Shown here piece by piece: positions 1 through 9,259 of a DNA stretch of 64,000 nt. The translations under genes were made by a program, and so were the position numbers. Source of the stretch: an uncultured Candidatus Saccharibacteria bacterium (GTDB taxonomy: Bacteria > Patescibacteriota > Minisyncoccia > Phycocordibacterales > UBA9988); NCBI GenBank assembly GCA_964401135.1, contig CAYNXC010000001.1:210264-274263 (forward strand), read 5' to 3'. Numbering within the stretch: position 1 is the stretch's first letter; the number at the start of each line of letters is the position of its first letter. A model generated the notes under the pieces. That model was not told the origin of the DNA. It did no database searches and saw only the letters and a list, made by a program, of their open reading frames with translations.

Positions 1-395
1 GTACTCGTGTGTAATAATTTTTGCTCCTTTTGTAAATACAGACTCAGAGAATTGATAGAGATCCTCCATAAGGATAAAGAATGATGGACTGGTCATACCA
101 AACCCATCTTTTGTCTCCCCTCCGGTAAGCACCATACGAATGCTCGCATCGGCGACACGATTTTTCCTACATAACTTGGTTATCAGGTCGCGCACCATCA
201 CTTCTCCCACAGGGACATTGAGACCGATAATATCTGCCGAGCGCTTGAAACGGGCAAAATGCTCATGAAAGTAGAAGGGTTTACCATTGTAGGTACGCAA
301 AAAATCAAAGACTCCGTAGCCACGCAAGACGCCAAGGTCAGAGAGAGAAAGCCTCGCCTTGGCGAGGGGGACAATCTTCCCATCCAAGTAGCAAT
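1..395 (-). CDS. Class IV aminotransferase (branched-chain/D-amino-acid aminotransferase family), partial; C-terminus lies beyond the window start
   Basis: My own minus-strand translation from a GTG near 395 gives VKPYCYLDGKIVPLAKARLSLSDLGVLRGYGVFDFLRTYNGKPFYFHEHFARF..., a classic IlvE/DAAT N-terminal pattern. The ORF track omits it because it runs off the window edge. Start codon is uncertain. Confidence 0.65.
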
Positions 396-408
396 ATGGC
401 TTCACAGG

Positions 409-479
409 TGCGGGTAGGGAGAATCGAACTCCCGTCTCATCCTTGGCAAGGACGTGTTCTACCACTAAACCATACCCGC
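409..479 (-). tRNA. tRNA-Gly (anticodon GCC)
   Basis: Hand-folded cloverleaf. Acceptor GCGGGTA/TACCCGC, anticodon stem CGTCC/GGATG with loop TTGCCAA, T-loop GTTCGATTC. Confidence 0.8.
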
Positions 480-518
480 ATCATTACAAGGCTATCCTAA
501 CAAAGTAAGGTGCCCTCT

Positions 519-950
519 TCAATCCGCCATGACAGGACGAGTCTTGATAAAGGCAGTTGCCGCAATGGCAAAAATTGTGGTAGAGAGGATGGCCGAGATC
601 ATACAGTAGAAACATAATGCCTCAATTACAAAAATTTGTAGGTATACAAACCAGAGTGTGAAGAGGAATCCGGTAAGCCCAAGCAGTGGCATGAGCCTCT
701 CCATCCACGACTTCTTCATATCAAGATAGAGAAAGGCGAGGAGAAATACTGTTGTGTAAAAGAGGAGTCCGTATACCGAGACGGGGAGTCCTGCTATTTG
801 GCTATAGGCGCTCGTAAGCACATCACTACAGCCACCGGTAATGGGACACACCACTTCTCCCCCCGTGTAGTACTTCACGGTAATGTACCCAGCATCAATT
901 AATCCGATGAAGGCGAGGACAGTCCAAGCAAGTGCGACAGTTTTGTACAT
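519..950 (-). CDS. Vitamin K epoxide reductase (VKOR) family membrane protein (DsbB-like function)
   Basis: Polytopic membrane protein with loop cysteines CPITGGCSD and an in-membrane CFYC motif. The likely start is MYKTVALAW at 950, one nucleotide after the stop of the upstream DsbA-like gene. Confidence 0.65.
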   Translation of the reverse strand: MYKTVALAWTVLAFIGLIDAGYITVKYYTGGEVVCPITGGCSDVLTSAYSQIAGLPVSVYGLLFYTTVFLLAFLYLDMKKSWMERLMPLLGLTGFLFTLWFVYLQIFVIEALCFYCMISAILSTTIFAIAATAFIKTRPVMAD

Positions 951-951
951 A

Positions 952-1608
952 TTACCTGTTCTTAGCCGAGATAAGCCCGGCTCGCAGGTCATCAAAACTC
1001 TTAACTGCAAGCTTCTCACCATTTATAAAGAAACTTGGAGTCCCGCGCACCCCAATACGCACAGCATCGTCAGCATCTCGTTTTACACGAGCGGCGACTG
1101 TATCACTCCCCATATCTGTGGCAAAGCGTACTGTCTCTAAATCAAGCTGTTCAGCCAGTTTTACAAAGTAGTCCTTTGCTTGATCCTGAGGGATGCCGGA
1201 CCATTCACTTTGTGTATCAAAGAGGAGATCGTGCATCTCCCAAAACTTTCCCTGTAAGGCGGCTGCTTCGGACGCATAGGCAGCAAGTCCTGCATTCTTA
1301 TGCTGTGCTAAAGGCAGGTGACGGTACACAAAGGTCGTAGATGAAGCAAATTCCGCGTACAACGAGCGCAAGGCGGGTTGCGCCGCTTCACACGCAGGAC
1401 ATTCGAAGTCGCTGTATTCAACAAAAATAGGCGAAGTAGAGGAGCTTGCTCCCCTTATGTGATCATCTGACTGCAATTTTGGAGCAATGGCGCCCGTTCC
1501 TCCACTTGTATCGCGAGTAATCACATATACAGCAAATGCCGCCACAAGAACAAGAGTGAGTGCCGAGAGCCATAAAAAGACACGAGATCCAATGTGTTGT
1601 GCAGACAT
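952..1608 (-). CDS. DsbA-like thiol:disulfide oxidoreductase (thioredoxin fold), membrane-anchored
   Basis: Thioredoxin-fold active site FECPACEAA and an N-terminal hydrophobic anchor. The longer ORF-track start at 1665 would run up against tRNA-Pro (1672..1744), so the internal Met at 1608 is preferred. Confidence 0.65.
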   Translation of the reverse strand: MSAQHIGSRVFLWLSALTLVLVAAFAVYVITRDTSGGTGAIAPKLQSDDHIRGASSSTSPIFVEYSDFECPACEAAQPALRSLYAEFASSTTFVYRHLPLAQHKNAGLAAYASEAAALQGKFWEMHDLLFDTQSEWSGIPQDQAKDYFVKLAEQLDLETVRFATDMGSDTVAARVKRDADDAVRIGVRGTPSFFINGEKLAVKSFDDLRAGLISAKNR

Positions 1609-1671
1609 GACGAAGATTCTAACAGATTGGCAGACAAGCGCAATAGAATATGGTACTATCATCACGGCATA

Positions 1672-1744
1672 CGGGCCGTAGTGTAACGGCTAACATTCCC
1701 GCTTTGGGAGCGGGCGACTCCGGGTTCGAATCCCGGCGGCCCGA
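1672..1744 (+). tRNA. tRNA-Pro (anticodon UGG)
   Basis: Acceptor CGGGCCG/CGGCCCG, anticodon stem CCCGC/GCGGG with loop TTTGGGA, T-arm CCGGGTTCGAATCCCGG. Confidence 0.8.
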
Positions 1745-1765
1745 TTGTTCAGTGAAGAGAAAAAG

Positions 1766-1836
1766 CGGGCTGTAGTATACCGGTAGTACGCGCCCATGGG
1801 GTGGGTGCAGACCGGGTTCAATTCCCGGCAGCCCGA
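1766..1836 (+). tRNA. tRNA-Pro (anticodon GGG)
   Basis: Acceptor CGGGCTG/CAGCCCG, anticodon stem CGCCC/GGGTG with loop ATGGGGT, T-arm CCGGGTTCAATTCCCGG. Confidence 0.75.
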
Positions 1837-1854
1837 TAATCATTAGTCAATCAT

Positions 1855-3387
1855 ATGAGCTGGAGTGTATCTTCTTTTCTTGCAGTCATCATGCGGCGTC
1901 CATGGCGCTACAGTCTTATCGGCGTGGTACTGCTCGGGGTAATTGTCTGGTTTGTAGTCATCCGAGGTAGTGGGGATGGAGATTTTGAATCAGTAGTGGT
2001 TACACGAAGAACATTAATTGAATCGGTAATGGTGTCGGGAAAAGTCCAACCAGCACAGGAAGCAAGTCTCGCCTTTGAAACAAGCGGGGCTGTCTCGCGC
2101 ATCCCCGCCACCGTGGGGACAATGGTAATGCAGGGAGATACGATTATTGCTCTCAGTAATGGGGAAGTATCTGCCCAATATGATGCAGAGCTTATTAAAT
2201 TGAGCGAATTAAAAAATGGAACCCGCCCAGAGGAGATTGCCGTCTCTCTGCGAGAACTTGAGAGTGCCCGAGTAGCAGTAGCAGAAAAGGGGCTGGAGTT
2301 AAGTGTAGCACTCAACGATGCGTATGTTCGTGCAAGTAATGCGATAAATACTGTAGACCGAATTATAGATAATCCTAATTCACAGAATGCTACGCCCTCT
2401 TTTCCTATACCAGATGCAGATTTAAAGATTTCGATCGCTTTTGCTCGTAAAACGATCTCCACTGCTCTACCTGTATGGCGCACACTCACCTTACAAGCAA
2501 GTACGACTGATAGCCTGGCCTCAGCGATGACCGTCTCATTAAATACCATAAACATCATTCGTAATTACCTAACACTCCTCTCAGGAGCACTTACAGACCT
2601 TCCCAACGACATGGCAATCAGGAGTCTGAGTGTCGCTACCGTCCGTTCTGATATGACAAGTGCACGAACATCTCTAGAAACAGCTGCTTCATCACTAACT
2701 TCGGCACATACCGCGTGGCAGAACGCTCGTACTGCACTTGAGGTATCGGAACGCCAACTGACCCTCAAGCAATCAGGATCGCGGTCTGAAGTAATAGACG
2801 CACAAGAGGCCGTGGTAAGGCAGTATGAAGCAAAGCTTGCGAAAACAGTGCTCCGTGCCCCTTTTAACGGTATTGTGACCACTATTGCTGTTGAGCTTGG
2901 CGAATTGGCCCCCGCAAATCAAAAAGTGGCAGGACTCATGTCGGCAAACGTTTTTGAGGTAAAGGCGCAGGTGCCAGAAGTAGAGATTGCAAAAATTGCT
3001 GTGGGTAACACCGCAACAATTACATTAGATGCCTACGGCACTGGGGTATCCTTCCCAGCAACAGTGAGCGAAATAGAGCCAGCAGAGACGGTTGTGGGAG
3101 GTATACCTACTTACACCACGATACTCTCCTTCACGCAAGAAGATCCTCGCATTAGGAGTGGTATGACAGCAAACATCACCATTACCGGCAAAAGACGGCC
3201 AAACATACTAGCCATACCCGCATCTGCTCTTTCATTACATAACGGCAATCGCATTGTTAAAATTCCCGCACGCAATAAAGACGGCTTTACGGAGCGGACG
3301 GTGACAACAGGTGTTTTTGACTCCGATGGAAGTGTAGAGATTCTCTCTGGTCTCTCCGAGAATGAGACGGTACTGGTCCCACACTAA
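1855..3387 (+). CDS. HlyD/MacA-family periplasmic adaptor (membrane fusion protein) of an ABC exporter
   Basis: N-terminal TM anchor, coiled-coil and beta-barrel regions typical of membrane fusion proteins. It is followed immediately by the permease and ATPase genes. Confidence 0.7.
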   Translation: MSWSVSSFLAVIMRRPWRYSLIGVVLLGVIVWFVVIRGSGDGDFESVVVTRRTLIESVMVSGKVQPAQEASLAFETSGAVSRIPATVGTMVMQGDTIIALSNGEVSAQYDAELIKLSELKNGTRPEEIAVSLRELESARVAVAEKGLELSVALNDAYVRASNAINTVDRIIDNPNSQNATPSFPIPDADLKISIAFARKTISTALPVWRTLTLQASTTDSLASAMTVSLNTINIIRNYLTLLSGALTDLPNDMAIRSLSVATVRSDMTSARTSLETAASSLTSAHTAWQNARTALEVSERQLTLKQSGSRSEVIDAQEAVVRQYEAKLAKTVLRAPFNGIVTTIAVELGELAPANQKVAGLMSANVFEVKAQVPEVEIAKIAVGNTATITLDAYGTGVSFPATVSEIEPAETVVGGIPTYTTILSFTQEDPRIRSGMTANITITGKRRPNILAIPASALSLHNGNRIVKIPARNKDGFTERTVTTGVFDSDGSVEILSGLSENETVLVPH

Positions 3388-3395
3388 CTCTCCTT

Positions 3396-4649
3396 ATGCC
3401 TTCACACGCGCTCCGAGTTGGATTCTTTCTCGCCATCAGACAATTGCGCCGAGCGCATGTCTGGACCAATGTGCTCATAATTGCAGTAATGACACTCACC
3501 TTCTTAAACCTCGTCGTGGTAAGCGGAATTTTGGTTGGCTTGATTGAAGGAGCTGTTGAGACAATTCAGTCTCACTATACCAGTGATGTGATTGTGAGTA
3601 ATCGCTTAGAGCGTAACTACATAGAACGGACCCCATTCATTCTCTCGGTGATTGAGTCGCTCCCTGATGTCGTCTCCGCTACTCCACGCTATGTGGAAGG
3701 AGGAAATGTTGAAGCAGATTACTCAATCACCAAAAAAGATTCAGAGATTGGTAACGAAGCGGGGACCTCCATTGTGGGCATTGATCCCGAGAGAGAGCAG
3801 GCCGTCTCACGGTTAGGAGACCTTATTATCGAAGGATCCTATCTCTCTTCTCATGACTATGACCAAGTGCTTGTAGGTGCCCTTCTTCTTAAAAAGTATT
3901 TAAACATCGATTCGCAGTCCTTCCAGGCGCTTGCAAATGTAGAAGTGGGAACTAAAATACGCGTCACTGTCAATGGCAACACGCGAGATGTTACCGTAAA
4001 AGGGATTATTAGGAGTAAGGCGGATGAGATTGACCGGCGCGTTTTCTTTGTAGATAAGCAGTTGCGCCCTATGATTGGGCGCACAGATTATAACGCTGAT
4101 GAAATCGCCATCAAACTCCGCCCCGGGGCGGATCCTGCTGTAGTGCGTGATGCCATACTTGCGCAAGGTGTGGATGACTACGCCCGCGTACAGACGGCCG
4201 ACGATGCTGAACCAAAATTTGTGAAGGATATGAAGCAGACCTTTGCAATTTTAGGGAATATTATCAGCTCCGTTGGTCTCGTTGTTGCCTCCATCACCAT
4301 TTTCATCGTCATTTTTATTAACGCAATCACACGCAAAAAGTACATTGGTATTTTAAAAGGCATCGGTATTAGCGGTAGGACCATTGAGTACTCATACATA
4401 TTCCAAGCAGCATTCTACGCGATAGCGGGAACAGGACTCGGCATCCTTATAGTGTATGGAGTGTTAGAACCCTATCTGCGTGCGCATCCAATCAACTTCC
4501 CTTTCTCTGACGGCATTCTCGTAGTTACCGTACTCGGGACCACAGTACGCGCGGTTGTACTATTTGTTTCCACCTTCATCTCTGGATACATTCCTGCGCG
4601 CATTGTTATTTCAGGCAACACCTTAGATGCTATTTTAGGGAGAAAGTGA
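3396..4649 (+). CDS. ABC transporter permease, FtsX/MacB-like
   Basis: N-terminal TM, a large extracytoplasmic domain and three C-terminal TMs (FtsX-like topology). The stop overlaps the start of the next gene (ATGA). Confidence 0.75.
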   Translation: MPSHALRVGFFLAIRQLRRAHVWTNVLIIAVMTLTFLNLVVVSGILVGLIEGAVETIQSHYTSDVIVSNRLERNYIERTPFILSVIESLPDVVSATPRYVEGGNVEADYSITKKDSEIGNEAGTSIVGIDPEREQAVSRLGDLIIEGSYLSSHDYDQVLVGALLLKKYLNIDSQSFQALANVEVGTKIRVTVNGNTRDVTVKGIIRSKADEIDRRVFFVDKQLRPMIGRTDYNADEIAIKLRPGADPAVVRDAILAQGVDDYARVQTADDAEPKFVKDMKQTFAILGNIISSVGLVVASITIFIVIFINAITRKKYIGILKGIGISGRTIEYSYIFQAAFYAIAGTGLGILIVYGVLEPYLRAHPINFPFSDGILVVTVLGTTVRAVVLFVSTFISGYIPARIVISGNTLDAILGRK

Positions 4650-5323
4650 TGATTAGTGCAAGAAACATTATTAAGAGCTTCCACGATGGGGAACGCGAAC
4701 AGATGGTGCTCCGCGGTATCTCTCTTGAGGTGGACGACGGGGAATTTGTGGCAGTGATAGGGCGCTCTGGCGCAGGGAAGTCCACTCTCCTCTACCAGCT
4801 CTCGCTCTTAGATCACCCCACATCAGGATCAATCTCATTAGATGGGATAGAGACCAGCACCTTAAACCATGAAGAACGGGCGCGCTTCCGCTTAGAGCGG
4901 CTCGGGTATGTCTTCCAAGATTATGCGATTATGCCTGACCTCACAGCGGCAGAAAATGTAGCAATTACAGTAATGATGCGCGGAGAGACAAAGAATGATG
5001 CGCTTGCAGAGGCAGCACGAGTACTAGAGCGTGTTGGGTTGGAGAGCCGTCTTCACTACCTCCCCTCACAACTCTCTGGAGGGGAACAGCAACGCGTCTC
5101 TATTGCACGCGCGCTCGTGAACAACCCACGCATTCTCTTTGCTGATGAGCCAACAGCTAACCTTGATAGCGAGACGGGGTCGCGCGTTATTTCGCTTCTC
5201 ACAGAACTCAACAAAGCGGGACAGACTATTGTGATGGTCACTCACGAGGAAGAGTACAAAAACTTCGCCAAACGCGTCATCACTCTCTCTGATGGGCTCA
5301 TTGTAAGTGATAAAAAAATATAA
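4646..5323 (+). CDS. ABC transporter ATP-binding protein (MacB/LolD-like)
   Basis: Walker A GRSGAGKST, ABC signature LSGGEQQRVSIARAL and Walker B ILFADEPT. Confidence 0.9.
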   Translation: MMISARNIIKSFHDGEREQMVLRGISLEVDDGEFVAVIGRSGAGKSTLLYQLSLLDHPTSGSISLDGIETSTLNHEERARFRLERLGYVFQDYAIMPDLTAAENVAITVMMRGETKNDALAEAARVLERVGLESRLHYLPSQLSGGEQQRVSIARALVNNPRILFADEPTANLDSETGSRVISLLTELNKAGQTIVMVTHEEEYKNFAKRVITLSDGLIVSDKKI

Positions 5324-5457
5324 TCATGTTTTAGCTCTCAGCCACACAAGAGAAACTCTTCATCATCCAAGTACGAAACGCAGTCATCATGATTGGTAGA
5401 GTGCCTGCTTCGCCGAGTCAAGGCGGGCATAAGGATCCTCCCCTCTCTAAAAGAGAA

Positions 5458-5486
5458 ACCCGCCCTTCATACCCATAGGGCGGGTC
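5458..5486. terminator. Hairpin CCCGCCCT-N-AGGGCGGG; candidate bidirectional rho-independent terminator
   Basis: GC-rich stem seen in the sequence. On the minus strand it is followed by a TTTCTCTTTT tract directly after the stop of the 5492..5734 ORF. Confidence 0.4.
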
Positions 5487-5491
5487 ATATC

Positions 5492-5734
5492 TTACATCGT
5501 CGGGCCGAGGACATTGCGTTCACGCAATCCTCGCTCTTCCATCTTTTCACCGGGAACAATGGGGAGGTAATGAGGGAGGGTCTGTAGTCCTTCAACTTCA
5601 ACCGTTGGCTCGATATCTTCTCGTTCGTAGGATGAGAGTAACCCTGAGCTAATAATGATCAAAGTCTGATAGATTTTGGCAAGTAACCCTACAACGGCAA
5701 CACATACAGCGACCAAGATACTGAAGGTTAACAT
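5492..5734 (-). CDS. Small membrane protein, hypothetical
   Basis: 80-aa ORF with an N-terminal TM helix and its own downstream hairpin plus U-tract. Confidence 0.35.
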   Translation of the reverse strand: MLTFSILVAVCVAVVGLLAKIYQTLIIISSGLLSSYEREDIEPTVEVEGLQTLPHYLPIVPGEKMEERGLRERNVLGPTM

Positions 5735-5797
5735 CTTGTACCCCCTTGATGAGCGTTCTTCCTGTATTGTGCAGGATACAAAAGCTAAGTCAATCCA

Positions 5798-5870
5798 TCG
5801 GAATGCCGGGATTCGAACCCGGAGTCACGCGAACCCGAATCGCGTATGTTACCGTTACACCACATTCCGC
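5798..5870 (-). tRNA. tRNA-Pro (anticodon CGG)
   Basis: Acceptor CGGAATG/CATTCCG, anticodon stem CGCGA/TCGCG with loop TTCGGGT, T-arm CCGGGTTCGAATCCCGG. Confidence 0.75.
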
Positions 5871-5901
5871 TTACCCGCCTGTATTGAGGCGGATATACGC
5901 A

Positions 5902-6441
5902 CTATTCTGCTACAAACGATATTTGGATGATAGCGCCAGTGCTATCAGCAATTGGTTTATCCTTTTTGAGATCAAAGACCTTGTCTCCGTCATCAGTGTG
6001 AAGCATTGCGTAATAAGTCTTCCCCTTCTCAGTCTTACGCATCAGCTCAACAGAGACGGCGTTGTGCTCCCCTACAAAGACGAGTGCTGCGCCAAGTACA
6101 TTACCCGGTTTACCACCTACTTCTTCATGTATAACAACCCACCCCATCTGATTAAGCTCTACTGATGAGATCGTCACAAGGTTTCCTGCACGCTGGTTCT
6201 CAATATCTATGGTGTTCTTGCCCGAGAGCACTACTCCTGATGTTGTTCGTGTATCCTGATCTACATCAACGGTTGTCCCCGCCACATCTTGTTCCCCCTT
6301 ATCTACCGTTGAGGTTGCAGTATCATTATTTCCACTTACATCTACCGAGGAGAGGATGAATCCCCTATCAACAGCAAGTGCTCCGACAATAAAACCCACC
6401 ACAAGCCCTATAATGAGGAACTGTACTGATTTTTTATCCAT
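5902..6441 (-). CDS. Hypothetical membrane-anchored exported protein
   Basis: N-terminal signal-anchor MDKKSVQFLIIGLVVGFIVGALA followed by a Thr/Asp-rich beta-rich domain. No family recognised. Confidence 0.5.
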   Translation of the reverse strand: MDKKSVQFLIIGLVVGFIVGALAVDRGFILSSVDVSGNNDTATSTVDKGEQDVAGTTVDVDQDTRTTSGVVLSGKNTIDIENQRAGNLVTISSVELNQMGWVVIHEEVGGKPGNVLGAALVFVGEHNAVSVELMRKTEKGKTYYAMLHTDDGDKVFDLKKDKPIADSTGAIIQISFVAE

Positions 6442-6543
6442 ACGGTTACGGTTAATCCTTAGTAATTTCACTTCATCATACTGGGGCGAGATTAAAAAGC
6501 AATGGCCCATACAGTTTAGAAAGCGGTATGGGCCAAAATATCC

Positions 6544-6786
6544 CTATTCATCCCACGAAAAACCGTCGGCGAGAGGTTGAGTAAGGAGAGGTAGTGTTCC
6601 ACCGCAACAACTACATTGTGCAACAATGGGTAATGCACCAATCTCATTCAGTTCCCCGGCGTCAATCAGTGTCATTCCCCGTTCTATTTCCACAAGTACA
6701 CTCCCTTGATTGCGTCTCTGACATAAAATAGACGCGCATCTAAAGCGTACCGCACCACCATCACTTACTCCGAGTGAGTCTATCAT
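6544..6786 (-). CDS. Small Cys-containing hypothetical protein
   Basis: 80-aa ORF with four Cys arranged C..C...CSCC, possibly a zinc ribbon. Weak support. Confidence 0.25.
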   Translation of the reverse strand: MIDSLGVSDGGAVRFRCASILCQRRNQGSVLVEIERGMTLIDAGELNEIGALPIVAQCSCCGGTLPLLTQPLADGFSWDE

Positions 6787-6846
6787 TAACCTTCTCCTTT
6801 CCTTTTATTAAAGAACTAAACAAACCCTCCGTAGAAGACTCTACTC

Positions 6847-7230
6847 TTACAGCATAATATCTTCTAGGCATTCTATTGTAATCACTTCCCCTTGGCTGTC
6901 CAGTGTCACAGAGTAAGCATCAATCTGCCACACAACCTCCTCCCCTACCCTCTTGTCCAATAGGTAGGTCTGGATAATACGGGAGAGACGCTTGCGCTTC
7001 CACCTATGTATATTTTCAAAGGCTTCATAGTCTCTGGGGCTCCCTGTTACATGTGTAACAGTCTTAACCTCTATAAAATGAATACAGTCCTTATATTTAC
7101 TTACGATGTCTAGCTCTCCCCACGGTCTGAGATAATTTCGATCTAAAATGATGTGCCCAGCGTCAATCAATCTGTCAGATATGACATTTTCACCAACATC
7201 TCCTATCTTTCTTTTTTCTGTATCAGACAT
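6847..7230 (-). CDS. YraN-family (UPF0102) endonuclease
   Basis: GDVGENVISDRLIDAGHIILDRNYLRPWGELDIVS....IHFIEVKT matches the YraN PD-(D/E)xK-like core. Confidence 0.7.
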   Translation of the reverse strand: MSDTEKRKIGDVGENVISDRLIDAGHIILDRNYLRPWGELDIVSKYKDCIHFIEVKTVTHVTGSPRDYEAFENIHRWKRKRLSRIIQTYLLDKRVGEEVVWQIDAYSVTLDSQGEVITIECLEDIML

Positions 7231-7374
7231 GTTTCTTATGAAACACTTATGATTTCCTATACAAGATGACCTTTGTCCATGAGAATATCCTTATTTTTAG
7301 CCAATTTGATTTTATCCTATCTGTCTTTTATACACAGTATACACAGATTTATCCACAAAGAGACTGTCTTTTTG

Positions 7375-7445
7375 TGCGGGCAGGGAGAATCGAACTCCCA
7401 TATCCTGCTTGGAAGGCAGGTGTTCTACCATTAAACCATGCCCGC
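7375..7445 (-). tRNA. tRNA-Gly (anticodon UCC)
   Basis: Acceptor GCGGGCA/TGCCCGC, anticodon stem CCTGC/GCAGG with loop CTTCCAA. Confidence 0.8.
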
Positions 7446-7460
7446 TTTCTCTTTTCCTTG

Positions 7461-7532
7461 TGTCCCCGGCAGGACTCGAACCCGCAACGCATGGTCCGAA
7501 GCCATGAATGATATCCATTTCACCACAGGGAC
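7461..7532 (-). tRNA. tRNA-Arg (anticodon UCG)
   Basis: Acceptor GTCCCTG/CGGGGAC, anticodon stem CATGG/CCATG with loop CTTCGGA, T-arm GCGGGTTCGAGTCCTGC. Confidence 0.7.
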
Positions 7533-7586
7533 AGTGGTAATACCTAGCATATCATAGCTAAGCAAGGAAAAATACAGTACCATGAC

Positions 7587-9059
7587 ATGATGATACAGAA
7601 AGGGGATATACCGGCTCTCATCCAAAAAACCTCTCACACCCTTGAGAAGGCTGGTTTTGAGGCGTATATCGTTGGGGGTTGTGTACGAGATCTCGTAATG
7701 GGAAAGGAGCCACACGACTGGGATATCACTACAAGAGCGCGCCCGGATGAGATTATTGCACTTTTTGAGAAGACATTTTACGAGAATACCTACGGCACAG
7801 TCACGGTTGTTACCGAGGATGCAGAAGAGACACTCCGCCATATCCAAATTACTCCTTTTAGAGAGGAGGGTCAATACAGTGACTCACGACATCCAGATTC
7901 TGTTACTTTTGGCACTTCTATTGAGAATGACCTAGGGAGGAGGGATTTCACCATGAATGCGATCGCGTACCGGCCAGAGACCGATGTCTTTATTGACCCA
8001 TTTGGTGGACTAAAGGATATAAAGGACAACTGCATACGGGCGGTTGGGGATCCTATTGAACGATTGGAGGAGGATGCTCTGCGTAGTATACGGGCGATCC
8101 GTTTTGCGTCTACATTTGGCTTCTCTTTAGATGAAAAGACTTTCTCGGCCATTAAAAAAATGGCTAAAAATATAAAGAAACTCTCTACTGAGCGAATCCG
8201 TGATGAGTTTGAAAAGATTATCCTCTCTCCAGAACCACAAAAAGGACTCTTGCTTGCGGAGTCACTTGGGGTGTTACATGAGATAGCACCGGAGTTAGAA
8301 GAAACTATTGGCGTTAAACAGAACGGAGACCACCCATATCCAGTATGGGAACATATCCTCAAAGCAGTACAGCACTCGGCAGAGAGGAATTTCCCATTAG
8401 AAGTACGCTTTGCGGCTTTATTTCACGACATTGGCAAGCCTCGGACCAGAGATTTTTCACGTGAAAAGAATGATTACACCTTTTACGGGCATGATGTGCT
8501 TGGTGCACGAATGGTTAAAAAGATACTAACTCGCCTCAAGTTTCCCGTGAAAACAATAGAATCGGTCGAAAAATTGGTGAGATACCATATGTTCTTTACT
8601 GATATAGAGAAAATAACCCTCTCGGCTGTCCGCCGTATTGTCCGAAATGTTGGACCAGAACGAGTATGGGATCTGATGAAGGTGCGTGCTTGTGATCGAA
8701 TGGGGATGAATAGGCCAGTAGAAGAGCCATATCGCTTACGGAAATATGAGTCCATGATTGAAGAAGCCTTACGGGATCCCACCTCTGTAAAGATGCTCAA
8801 AATCGATGGTAAGCGGATTATGGATGTTACACAAGAAACACCTGGCCCAAAGATAGGATTTATCCTCCATGCGCTCTTAGAAGAAGTACTGGACGACCCC
8901 TCACTAAACACCGAGGAGTATCTTGAAAAGAAGGCGCAGGAGCTAGTAAGACTCACCGAAGAAGAGCTGAAGAAGCGGGGAGAAAGTGGAAGACAAAAGA
9001 AAGGAGAAGTAGAAGAGGGAGAACTTAAGAAAATACGATCAAAGTATCGTGTAAAATAA
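7587..9059 (+). CDS. cca: CCA-adding tRNA nucleotidyltransferase with HD domain
   Basis: PolyA-polymerase head motif GGCVRDL..DWD and an HD domain (HDIGK). KE-rich C-terminal tail. Confidence 0.8.
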   Translation: MMIQKGDIPALIQKTSHTLEKAGFEAYIVGGCVRDLVMGKEPHDWDITTRARPDEIIALFEKTFYENTYGTVTVVTEDAEETLRHIQITPFREEGQYSDSRHPDSVTFGTSIENDLGRRDFTMNAIAYRPETDVFIDPFGGLKDIKDNCIRAVGDPIERLEEDALRSIRAIRFASTFGFSLDEKTFSAIKKMAKNIKKLSTERIRDEFEKIILSPEPQKGLLLAESLGVLHEIAPELEETIGVKQNGDHPYPVWEHILKAVQHSAERNFPLEVRFAALFHDIGKPRTRDFSREKNDYTFYGHDVLGARMVKKILTRLKFPVKTIESVEKLVRYHMFFTDIEKITLSAVRRIVRNVGPERVWDLMKVRACDRMGMNRPVEEPYRLRKYESMIEEALRDPTSVKMLKIDGKRIMDVTQETPGPKIGFILHALLEEVLDDPSLNTEEYLEKKAQELVRLTEEELKKRGESGRQKKGEVEEGELKKIRSKYRVK

Positions 9060-9060
9060 A

Positions 9061-9092
9061 AAACCCTCCCGTTGTCTGTTGGGGAGGGCTGC
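9061..9092. terminator. Hairpin CCCTCCC-N-GGGGAGGG after the cca stop
   Basis: Strong GC stem. The minus-strand orientation is followed by a TTTTTTATTTT tract. Confidence 0.4.
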
Positions 9093-9259
9093 GTTGGCTA
9101 TTTGTCTTATAGAACAAAGAAATTATCTGAAACAAGGGTGGAGAACCTCTATTTAGTGTTCTTTGTCTTAAAAGACAAAAAGGCCTCTGCGTAAGGACAA
9201 ATCATATCTGTCCTTTATTGTACTTTGTCCTTTATATCCGTCAACTCAGTTATCCACAA
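9093..9259. repeat. Repeat-rich intergenic region 3' of xerD
   Basis: Inverted repeat TTTGTCTTAAAAGACAAA, direct repeats of GTCCTTTAT, and several TTGTC/GACAA half-sites. Confidence 0.4.

Noticed and set aside
1908-2882. Long antisense ORFs (216 aa and 105 aa) inside the HlyD-family adaptor gene
   Set aside because: They lie fully within a well-supported coding region on the opposite strand and have low-complexity Ser/Thr/Ala-rich composition with no motifs. Typical antisense artefacts.
5746-6165. 139-aa plus-strand ORF
   Set aside because: It overlaps the hand-folded tRNA-Pro(CGG) on the minus strand and the 5' part of a better-supported minus-strand exported protein. No motif found.
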